From contig CAYNJC010000025.1 of assembly GCA_964397565.1 (NCBI GenBank), positions 84 through 64,083 on the forward strand: DNA of 64,000 nucleotides. The letters are read 5' to 3'. The notes beneath the pieces were generated by a model. It worked only from the letters and a program-made list of their open reading frames with translations, did no database searches and was not told the DNA's origin. Source of the stretch: an uncultured bacterium (GTDB taxonomy: Bacteria > Auribacterota > UBA3054 > JAPLST01). This document shows positions 54,748 through 61,769 of the stretch, piece by piece; position 1 is the first letter of the stretch; each line of letters begins with the position of its first letter. The position numbers and the translations under genes were made by a program.

Positions 54748-55938
54748 TCAACGACGCACACAACGGAAGCCAATACCTTCGTCCGCGCCGTCCGGCGTGT
54801 AGTAGCTGCGGGACGCCACGCGGCAGCGGTTCGAGCTGTAGGCCCAACCGCCGCCGCGCAGCACGCGGTCCGAGCCAGAAGAAGGTCCGCATGTGTCATT
54901 TTGCGTCGCACCCGTATTACTGTACCAACTTGCATCATACCGGTCCCAACACCATTCCCAGACATTGCCGGCCATGTCGTATAAGCCATAGCCATTCGGC
55001 GCGAAATAGCCGACCGGACTGGTGTAGGGCATTGGTTCGTTGGTAAACGCCGGATTGTAGCCGTTCGGACCTAAGTCGTATGCGTAAGCTGTATTACCAT
55101 AATAATTCGCGCGCGAATTCGTGATCGCATTCGCATCGCTCCACGGGAAGCGCATGCCAACCGCGCCGCCGCGCGCCGCTTTCTCCCATTCGGCCTCGGT
55201 CGGCAGGCGATAGCCGTTGGCACTCCAGTTCACCCATTCGTTCGACAGATTTGCTGACCCGCCGCGGTACACCAGGGTCTGGGCCGCATTGGTATAATAG
55301 CATGGCGTCAGGCCTTCTTTCTCACTGCGCGCATTGCACCACTTGACACAGTTGTACCAGTTCACCATCTGCACTGGGTGATTCGGCACTTTGCCAGCGC
55401 CGGGATTTGTAAACGCGTAGCCGTTGTTCGTGGCCCAGATATACACATCCTGCCACTGCTGCGACGTCACCTCGTGTTTGTCCATGAAAAAGGCGCTGAG
55501 GGTCACGGTATGATTCGGTTGTGCAGACGTTCCGTCGTCGGTGAAGTTCGTGCCCATCTGAAACGGGCCGGCCGGGATCAGCGCCATATCATCCATGGCC
55601 GTCACGCGCACGCGGGCCGTGACACCGCTGGCCTCCGGCAGATCGCCCGCCGCAAACCAGACGACCTGCTTATTCGTGCCGGTCGTGACGGTCGCGCCAA
55701 CCGCGCCGCTGAAATTCGTGCAGGCCAATGAATACGTTGCGCCGGCGTTGGTGGAGACATTGATTGCAACCGTATGGATACCACCGCTCGGATTCAGCAG
55801 ATCATAGGCAATGTCCACAATCGCCGCGCCTATCCGTTGGGCGGCCGTGACATTCGTGACCGTCACCGGCCCGGCTACGGCGGTGAACGCGCCCAGCGCA
55901 AGGGACAGAATGATGGCGGTGATTGGTGTTGATTTCAT
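54748..55938 (-). CDS. Secreted FGE-sulfatase (SUMF1/EgtB/PvdO-type) domain protein
   Basis: Signal peptide and an Ig-like N-terminal module, followed by MALIPAGPFQMG ... GYRLPTEAEWEKAARGG ... GNVWEWCWD ... RVLRGGGW. Confidence 0.88.
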   Translation of the reverse strand: MKSTPITAIILSLALGAFTAVAGPVTVTNVTAAQRIGAAIVDIAYDLLNPSGGIHTVAINVSTNAGATYSLACTNFSGAVGATVTTGTNKQVVWFAAGDLPEASGVTARVRVTAMDDMALIPAGPFQMGTNFTDDGTSAQPNHTVTLSAFFMDKHEVTSQQWQDVYIWATNNGYAFTNPGAGKVPNHPVQMVNWYNCVKWCNARSEKEGLTPCYYTNAAQTLVYRGGSANLSNEWVNWSANGYRLPTEAEWEKAARGGAVGMRFPWSDANAITNSRANYYGNTAYAYDLGPNGYNPAFTNEPMPYTSPVGYFAPNGYGLYDMAGNVWEWCWDRYDASWYSNTGATQNDTCGPSSGSDRVLRGGGWAYSSNRCRVASRSYYTPDGADEGIGFRCVRR

Positions 55939-55971
55939 GGTTGATCTCCTGACAAACGGTTGCAGGCACGC

Positions 55972-56006
55972 GGATTACATTCGTGCGCGGCGAACGAATG
56001 TAATCC
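55972..56006. repeat. Palindromic hairpin repeat (family 2 variant) GGATTACATTCGTGCGCGGCGAACGAATGTAATCC
   Basis: Shares the TTCGT-GCG-GCGAACGAA core with 17959 and 34019. Followed by the perfect palindrome ccggacatgcatgtccgg (56005-56022). Confidence 0.75.
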
Positions 56007-56028
56007 GGACATGCATGTCCGGCCACAT

Positions 56029-56202
56029 TCACTTGCGCCGCAGCAACAGCCAGAGCGGCAGCGCGGCGGCCAGAATCAGCGCCGGTTCCGGCACGGTCGT
56101 GTCCAGCGTAAAATCCGGCGATTCGGCCTGGCCCCAATCGGCCAGACAGGGCAAGGTCCAGATTACCAGAATCGCCAGCAGAATCATTAGTTTTGTGTGC
56201 AT
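56029..56202 (-). CDS. Minimal PEP-CTERM protein (57 aa)
   Basis: GGAG 7 nt upstream of the ATG. MHTKLMILLAILVIWTLPCLA signal peptide, a 15-aa middle part (DWGQAESPDFTLDTT), then VPEP-ALILAAALPLWLLL-RRK. Confidence 0.65.
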   Translation of the reverse strand: MHTKLMILLAILVIWTLPCLADWGQAESPDFTLDTTVPEPALILAAALPLWLLLRRK

Positions 56203-56292
56203 GGTTTTTCTCCCCAATAAATGTTGCTGTACGCAGGTAAAATAGCATAGCACAAACGCCGACAAAAGGCAAAGGCCGGCGCAGGCCGGTCG

Positions 56293-57522
56293 TCACTGCG
56301 GCGTGTCCGCCAGCCAGTGGTGGAGCGTATGCTTGCTGCGCGCGCGCGGCGTCAGTGTCGTGGCGCCGCGCCATAAGTTGAAGACCGTGCGCCCATAGCG
56401 TGCCAGCAACGTCATCAGGCGAACAGGATAGTAGAGGTACAGCACGGGCGAGGTCGCACGTACGCCATAGAGCCGCGCGAGGACTGCCTTGGGTACGCAG
56501 ACGTTGTGCACGAACAGCGAGATTTTCTTGTGCCACACGGCATCGTGCCACGCCACCACATTGGGCGACAGCGCCGCGTCCGCGGTCACATCCGTGAGGA
56601 TTTGTGTCCGGGCGCAGAACAGCACGGGGTCTGGCAAAGAATCTGGGCGCAGCTCGCGCAGAACCTGCGCAGGCACGGCGGCGCCAACCATGTCGTGCGC
56701 CAGTTGCAGCGCCAGAAAGACACCGCGCGTCCAGCGCCACGCCCGCGCGCGCGCCACCACATCCGGCCACGCCAGGCTCTCGTGCTGCCATCGTATGATC
56801 TGCGCAATATCACAGAACGGGCGCAAACCAAACTCGAATTCGTGCTGATAAGCCGCATGGAAACAGGCATAGAGCAGGAGATCCTCGGCGCACAAGCCCA
56901 GGACGCTGTTATCGCCGATGCGCACCGGCACGGCACGCTGCCACAGGTCACCGGGTTCAATCGAATAGACGTGCCGCGGCGCAGTGATGTTCCAGTGCAG
57001 CTCGATCGTGGTGCGGCCTTGCTGCGCGAAGGGCGGCAGATGCAAGTTGCCGTCGAAGAACGCCTGGTCGAGCACATACGGGAACTGCGCCGCGTAGCCG
57101 TGGCGCTCCAGAACGTGCGCGACGCGCGCCAGGTTGCCGCGTGGCACCAGCAGATCAATATCCACCATTTGCCGCGCGCCGAGGTCGTCATAGACGCCAA
57201 AGGCAAGATGTGCGCCTTTGAGCAGCACGACCGGCTGATGGTCGGCGTGGAGCGCGGCCGCGATGTCGTGCAGCTCATTGCGGATGCGAAGATTGCGCAC
57301 CGCGTTTGATGCGTAGAACGTCTGCAACGTGTGCAGGGCGTCACGGGCCGGCGGCCCCGTGATGCCGAGCGCCTTGATGCGCTGGTACACAAGGCCGACC
57401 ACTTGCTGCGCCAGCGCGTCGTGCAGCAGCGCCTGCCACTCGTTTGCTTGCAGGGCTGCCAGGTGCGCGGCCGTCGCACGCTCATTGCCCGGACGCAGGC
57501 AGTCGAGCAGCAGCTCGGTCAT
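56293..57522 (-). CDS. Nucleotidyltransferase family protein (PF14907/NTP_transf_5-like)
   Basis: MVDIDLLVPRG motif, size and context. The ATG at 57522 forms an ATGA overlap with the upstream gene. Confidence 0.55.
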   Translation of the reverse strand: MTELLLDCLRPGNERATAAHLAALQANEWQALLHDALAQQVVGLVYQRIKALGITGPPARDALHTLQTFYASNAVRNLRIRNELHDIAAALHADHQPVVLLKGAHLAFGVYDDLGARQMVDIDLLVPRGNLARVAHVLERHGYAAQFPYVLDQAFFDGNLHLPPFAQQGRTTIELHWNITAPRHVYSIEPGDLWQRAVPVRIGDNSVLGLCAEDLLLYACFHAAYQHEFEFGLRPFCDIAQIIRWQHESLAWPDVVARARAWRWTRGVFLALQLAHDMVGAAVPAQVLRELRPDSLPDPVLFCARTQILTDVTADAALSPNVVAWHDAVWHKKISLFVHNVCVPKAVLARLYGVRATSPVLYLYYPVRLMTLLARYGRTVFNLWRGATTLTPRARSKHTLHHWLADTPQ

Positions 57523-58490
57523 GACAAGCACTTCCGCATGGGGATGCGCCGGCGGCCGTAGTGCTCGACGTCGGCGGCCAGCTCTGCTGCGAGTGCCGCG
57601 ATGGTCACGCGTTCGAAGCCAAGTTTCTCATAGAGGGCGCGGGCGGGACAATTGTCCTCGAAGACGGTCAAGAGCAGCTCCTGGGCGCCGGCAGCCGTGG
57701 CTTGGTCAATCACGTGGCGGACCAATTCTGCGCCAATGCCCATGCCGCGATAGCGTGTTCTGACGGTCAGACTGTAGAGCCAATGGCCGACCCGCGGGGT
57801 ATCGCCGGCGGGGTGCCGCATCAGCCGGACGAAGCCCAGCAACTCTGTGCCGCGCGTGGCGACGTAGTTGGTCAGGCCTGGCGGAGCAGTCGGCGCGGCG
57901 GCGGGCAGGTCACGCGCGGCGGACAGATCGAGCCATGCGGCCACGCGAACAAGCTCCGCGGGCGTGGCTTCTCGGATGACGAAGGTGGGGCGGCAGCGAT
58001 GCAGCAGTGCGCGCAATAATGGGCTGCGCTGCAGGCGCCCGAGCGCGCGGCCGCTGGCGTGCCGCAGCCATCTCGTCAGCGCGCACAGCCACGCGATCAG
58101 CGGTGCACAGCATGTGCAGACCAGGCCGGCGAACCACCAAGCGCCGCGGTCGAGTGTGCGGCTGCGCCCGGCGTGGGTGGCGTGCGTCACCGTGCCGAGC
58201 AGGTCGCGCGGCGCGAGCGGCCCCGCGCGGTGAGTCTGCGCGTCACCGCGCAGCCAGACGCCCTCGCCACGCACACGCACCACGCGATGGACCACGTACC
58301 GTGCGGGCGCGGACTCGGCCAGCACAATGTCGCCCCGCGCCGGCGCAGCACACTGGGGCGCCAGCTCGATGACATCACCGTCGTGAATGATCGGCCACAT
58401 GCTGTTGCCGTTGACCGTCATGCGCACGCATTGCCCGCGTGCCAGCGCCGCGCGGATGACCGGCATCATGGCATGGCCGGGGATCGTCAT
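57519..58490 (-). CDS. S24/S26-type (signal-peptidase-like) peptidase - TM - GNAT acetyltransferase fusion
   Basis: GNSMWP nucleophile motif, HRVVRV where bacterial SPase I has KR, then LRGD. A hydrophobic segment WWFAGLVCTCCAPLIAWLCAL. GNAT motif A YRGMGIGAELVRHVIDQA ... ALYEKLGFE. ATGA overlap with the kinase gene. Confidence 0.6.
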   Translation of the reverse strand: MTIPGHAMMPVIRAALARGQCVRMTVNGNSMWPIIHDGDVIELAPQCAAPARGDIVLAESAPARYVVHRVVRVRGEGVWLRGDAQTHRAGPLAPRDLLGTVTHATHAGRSRTLDRGAWWFAGLVCTCCAPLIAWLCALTRWLRHASGRALGRLQRSPLLRALLHRCRPTFVIREATPAELVRVAAWLDLSAARDLPAAAPTAPPGLTNYVATRGTELLGFVRLMRHPAGDTPRVGHWLYSLTVRTRYRGMGIGAELVRHVIDQATAAGAQELLLTVFEDNCPARALYEKLGFERVTIAALAAELAADVEHYGRRRIPMRKCLS

Positions 58491-59389
58491 AGCGCCGCAC
58501 GCACGAGCGGAATGACGGCCTTCTCCGCGCGGCAGCGCAGGCGGAAGACGGGCGTGCGCGCCAAAATCGTGTTGAGATTGGTCAGCGCGCGTTGCAGCAG
58601 CGGCGCATCCCAATACGGCAGAAATGTGCGCGCCAGCAGCAGCGGCGCGGCCGCCGTCGGTGCGAGTTGTTCGATCCGGTTCTCCGGCGCTTGTTCCAGC
58701 AGAATGATGGCACGCAGTGGCGCGGCATGATTGCGGGCAATATTGGCCGTGCCACCCCAGGGCGTGCCGTAGCACATGGCGGTGTGTGCGTTGACGCGTA
58801 CGGCGATGCGGTCGTCGTTCATGGCGATCACGCCCGGCTCCTGGGTCCACAGGCACGCGTGTGTGCTCTTGCCGGCGCCGGAATGCCCGACGAAGACAAG
58901 GCCCTGGCCGTGGTCGTCAATGCCGGACGCGTGAAAAACCAGACCATCGGTGAAGAGCACGGCGGTGCGCAGCAGCAGTTCGCCCGCGCCGATGTTAAGG
59001 ACGCTCTGCCACGTCGTGCCGTGCGGTCGCCCGGCCGGGACGCTGCGCTGTTCGGTCAGCGTCAGATCGTTCCACGCGGCATTGGCGCGCAGGACGCTGT
59101 GCATCTGCGCCGGCTGCTTGTCATCATGATACGTAATCGCGGCGTAGAACTCGGCGCCGTCGCGATACATGCGCCAGATCGAGCCCGGGTCGTACACCAA
59201 GGTGCCGCGCGGCTCGGGCGTGTCCGCGCTTTCCTCCCAGTGCAGCACGACGCGCGCCAGCGGCTGTGGCGTCAGGCCGAAGAATGGGCCGAGGCGTTGT
59301 TCGATCCCCAATTCGGCGGCGGACAGCGGGCTGTGCAGCTCGATCACAATGTCGGCGATCGAAATCGGTATGTTATGTTGGTTGGCCAT
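58487..59389 (-). CDS. HPr kinase/phosphorylase-related kinase
   Basis: P-loop LVFVGHSGAGKSTHACLW followed by NDD, as in the HprK C-terminal domain. Start is ATG at 59389 or TTG at 59413, and both overlap the 3' end of the rSAM gene. Confidence 0.7.
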   Translation of the reverse strand: MANQHNIPISIADIVIELHSPLSAAELGIEQRLGPFFGLTPQPLARVVLHWEESADTPEPRGTLVYDPGSIWRMYRDGAEFYAAITYHDDKQPAQMHSVLRANAAWNDLTLTEQRSVPAGRPHGTTWQSVLNIGAGELLLRTAVLFTDGLVFHASGIDDHGQGLVFVGHSGAGKSTHACLWTQEPGVIAMNDDRIAVRVNAHTAMCYGTPWGGTANIARNHAAPLRAIILLEQAPENRIEQLAPTAAAPLLLARTFLPYWDAPLLQRALTNLNTILARTPVFRLRCRAEKAVIPLVRAAL

Positions 59390-60443
59390 GCTGTTCCTTG
59401 CGCGCCCAGGCAACTTCGCACAGATACGGCACCGGTTCGTTCAACGTATGCGTCTCGAGCAACGACCAAGCCGGGCAGCGCGGGCAGTAGACGCGCGCGC
59501 CGCAGTTCCGGCAGGCATCAGCCAGCGGCGGTGCCGTGTCAACATAGCGCTGCGTCTGTTCCCATGCCGCGCGAAAGCCAACCTCCAGCGGGCGCGCGGC
59601 CGGCAGCGGCAAGTCCATGCAGACGTTCATCTCCCCGCGCGGATTGATGACAAACGAAGCCGCGCCAGCCTGACAGTGGAAATTGCGATCATGGGCCGGC
59701 GCGACTGCGTGCCGCGCCGTTTCAGTCCACCCTCTGGCCGAGATTTGGTCGGTCGCTTCGAGTGCGACACATGCGGACGGTGACAGGCGGCAGTGCTCCA
59801 CCTCGGAACACGCGCCATCGCGGCGCTGGGACAGCAGCCAGCCGCCCGAGAACGGCACACCCCAGTTGCGCGCCATCTGCCGCATTGCATCCAGTTCGCC
59901 CACGTTTTGCCGCGTGACCGTCGTCTTGAGCCCGAGCGGCACACGCCGCCGCACGAGCGCCTCAATCCCGGCGCAGCAGCGCGCGTAACTGCCGGCGACA
60001 CCGGTGATCGCCTCGTAGGTCGCCGTAGTGGCGCCGTAGAGCGTGATCTCCGTCCGGCTCGGCGGCGCTTCCGCCAGGCGTTGCGCCAGCGCCTCGCTGA
60101 CCAACGTCCCATTGCTGAACAGCGTCAGCAGCAGACCCATTCTGGTCAGCGGCGTGTAAATCTCAAAAAAATCGGGCCGCAGGAGAACTTCGCCGCCCGT
60201 CAGCAGCAGAAAGAGCATGCCCTCGTCAACGGCCGCGCGCGCCAGTGTCAGCCATGCCGCCGCCGTCAGCTCCTCCGCGCGCACCGTGGCGTCGCCGCCA
60301 GATTGGCTGATGTAGCACATGCGGCAGGCCAAGTTGCAGCGCGCCGTGAGTTCAAAGGTGCCATTGACGGGCTGGCGGCGCGCGGCGGCGCGCGCGTGCA
60401 GTTCACGCACCAGATCGCCATACTCGCACGGCAGGCTGCTCAT
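59373..60443 (-). CDS. Radical SAM/SPASM domain peptide-modifying enzyme
   Basis: CNLACRMC (CX3CX2C) near the N-terminus. C-terminal SPASM cysteines (CQAG ... NVC ... CRNCGARVYCPRC). ATGA overlap with the PqqD-like gene. Confidence 0.85.
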   Translation of the reverse strand: MSSLPCEYGDLVRELHARAAARRQPVNGTFELTARCNLACRMCYISQSGGDATVRAEELTAAAWLTLARAAVDEGMLFLLLTGGEVLLRPDFFEIYTPLTRMGLLLTLFSNGTLVSEALAQRLAEAPPSRTEITLYGATTATYEAITGVAGSYARCCAGIEALVRRRVPLGLKTTVTRQNVGELDAMRQMARNWGVPFSGGWLLSQRRDGACSEVEHCRLSPSACVALEATDQISARGWTETARHAVAPAHDRNFHCQAGAASFVINPRGEMNVCMDLPLPAARPLEVGFRAAWEQTQRYVDTAPPLADACRNCGARVYCPRCPAWSLLETHTLNEPVPYLCEVAWARKEQHGQPT

Positions 60444-60706
60444 CCGTCAACCATGCCCAGCGGCGCGATCTCATCGAGAAAGGTTTGCACATCGGCGCGG
60501 GCGCGCACCGGCTCGACGGCAAACCGTTCGACCACGATGGCTGTCAGTTCATCCAGCGTGCGCTCTTCTGCCAGCAGCTCCCACACACAGCAGGCCGTGT
60601 CGTTTAGGATCACCAAGCCATTCATCTCCATAACCTGGGCGCCCAGCGGCGTCAGCAGAGCGACGCCTCCAACATTCTGTAGCATGAATTTCTCACTGCG
60701 TTTCAT
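60440..60706 (-). CDS. PqqD-family protein (RiPP recognition element candidate)
   Basis: 88 aa. NDTACCVWELLAEERTLDELTAIVVERFAVEPVRARADVQTFLDEI is a typical PqqD-like pattern. The ATG at 60706 lies just downstream of the attenuator. Confidence 0.8.
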   Translation of the reverse strand: MKRSEKFMLQNVGGVALLTPLGAQVMEMNGLVILNDTACCVWELLAEERTLDELTAIVVERFAVEPVRARADVQTFLDEIAPLGMVDG

Positions 60707-60751
60707 CTTCTTGCCTTGGTTGGAACCCGACGAAACATCAGTCCGGGCCAC

Positions 60752-60794
60752 AAATAAAAAAGCTGGCCTGCATCCTTTTCACGGTGCGGCCAGC
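60752..60794 (-). terminator. Intrinsic terminator/attenuator between the precursor and maturase genes
   Basis: Minus-strand GCTGGCCGCA ... TGCAGGCCAGC stem (one bulge) followed by TTTTTTATTT. Confidence 0.6.
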
Positions 60795-60923
60795 AGCTTC
60801 TTGATGAAACCTTTTCCGGCGAATGTTACCACGCCTCGCCACTGTCCCGTGTACCAATATCGTGCTCCCTTCGCCGATTGGTACGTGCCACGAGCAGCGG
60901 ACTACGCGGTAGACAAACGCCGC

Positions 60924-61088
60924 TTACGAGCCACTCGGCCCGTTTGAGCATGTCCTCGGGTCGGTCTTCAAACAGCCCAGCAATCTCTCCTCCAGCTTAA
61001 GCGGGACAAAGGTTGCCTTGGGCGCCTCATAGGGCTGCTTGTGCGATGCCTGCGCCGCAGTGGTCACGGTGATGTGCTGCTTTTCCAT
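60924..61088 (-). CDS. Candidate precursor peptide (54 aa), not in the ORF track
   Basis: GGAGAG-ttagc-ATG. Sequence MEKQHITVTTAAQASHKQPYEAPKATFVPLKLEERLLGCLKTDPRTCSNGPSGS*. Lies directly upstream of PqqD and the rSAM gene on the same strand, with a consensus promoter at 61146-61174. Confidence 0.7.
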   Translation of the reverse strand: MEKQHITVTTAAQASHKQPYEAPKATFVPLKLEERLLGCLKTDPRTCSNGPSGS

Positions 61089-61145
61089 GCTAACTCTCCA
61101 TACCGTTGAATAACCAGCAATTTTCTTGTAAAAATACTTTTGTTA

Positions 61146-61174
61146 AGTATACCAAGAACGGCCACTTTTGTCAA
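61146..61174 (-). promoter_or_regulatory. Sigma70-type promoter TTGACA-N17-TATACT (peptide operon)
   Basis: On the minus strand: ttgaca (61174-61169), exact 17-nt spacer, tatact (61151-61146). About 55 nt of 5' UTR before the peptide ATG. Confidence 0.65.
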
Positions 61175-61219
61175 GGATGGCTTTTGACAGGGTGGTTTTG
61201 CCTCATGAGGCAGTCCATA

Positions 61220-61248
61220 TTGCAAAATCAGCCGGGCTATGGTATACT
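61220..61248 (+). promoter_or_regulatory. Sigma70-type promoter TTGCAA-N17-TATACT (ssrA)
   Basis: ttgcaa at 61220-61225 and tatact at 61243-61248. About 18 nt upstream of the mature tmRNA 5' end. Confidence 0.65.
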
Positions 61249-61266
61249 GAGGTAGATCTTTGGTAT

Positions 61267-61621
61267 GGGGGCGCACTGGGTTCGACTGGAGTCGATGCTG
61301 TACCGTGGCGTGCCGCGGACGTCCGTTGGCCGCGTTACCAATCGGGCACAAACAACAAACGCGAACGAAGAACTCGCACTTGCTGCGTAATTTAACGTAG
61401 CCGCTCGGTCGTCGTGCTGCCTGTCAGGGCGACATGAGCGACGATTACAGGCTGGCGCGGATGATCGGCTGGGAGCCATCCGCGTGAGACACTTCCCGGC
61501 TCGACCGGCGGTGGCCTGCTGATGGGCAACCAATGGTTTAAACTCAATCCACCAGCTACGCGCGTAGAAGCGGTACGGATAGATGTTCAGGACGCGGGTT
61601 CAACTCCCGCCGCCTCCACCA
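61267..61621 (+). ncRNA. ssrA: Transfer-messenger RNA
   Basis: The 5' GGGGGCG pairs with the 3' CGCCUCC (G3-U wobble) followed by ACCA. T-arm GGACGCGGGTTCAACTCCCGCC. Tag reading frame at 61346-61390: gca caa aca aca aac gcg aac gaa gaa ctc gca ctt gct gcg taa, encoding AQTTNANEELALAA*. Confidence 0.92.
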
Positions 61622-61696
61622 CTTTTCTGCATTCTGTATTCAGGGTTCAGTGGCAACGTTGCCGCACTGATCACTGACGCACCCTTTTCCGACCTA

Positions 61697-61725
61697 TTGA
61701 CTTTCCCATCTTGGTTGGCTATCAT
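61697..61725 (+). promoter_or_regulatory. Sigma70-type promoter TTGACT-N17-TATCAT
   Basis: ttgact at 61697-61702 and tatcat at 61720-61725. Upstream of the ATG at 61770. Confidence 0.55.
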
Positions 61726-61769
61726 CACTGGCCGGTCTGTTGCAGCCGCACAGATCAGCACCCTAACGC

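Noticed and set aside
57519-58856. Full 445-aa version of the peptidase/GNAT ORF, and the 56293-57531 GTG start of the NTase.
   Set aside because: The N-terminal 122 codons overlap the kinase gene in another frame and are Arg/His-rich filler. The internal ATGs at 58490 and 57522 give ATGA-type coupling with the upstream stops.
59793-60947. 384-aa plus-strand ORF across the rSAM, PqqD and precursor region.
   Set aside because: It runs antisense to genes with strong motifs (CX3CX2C, SPASM, PqqD). The sequence is Arg/Ala-rich and has no recognisable domain.
56293-61088. Interpreting the cassette as a lasso-peptide, PQQ or mycofactocin cluster.
   Set aside because: There is no asparagine-synthetase-like lasso cyclase and no transglutaminase-like B2 protease. 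There are no pqqB/pqqC or mftD/mftE/mftF-like genes. The peptide lacks the PqqA E-x3-Y motif and the MftA C-terminal GVY.
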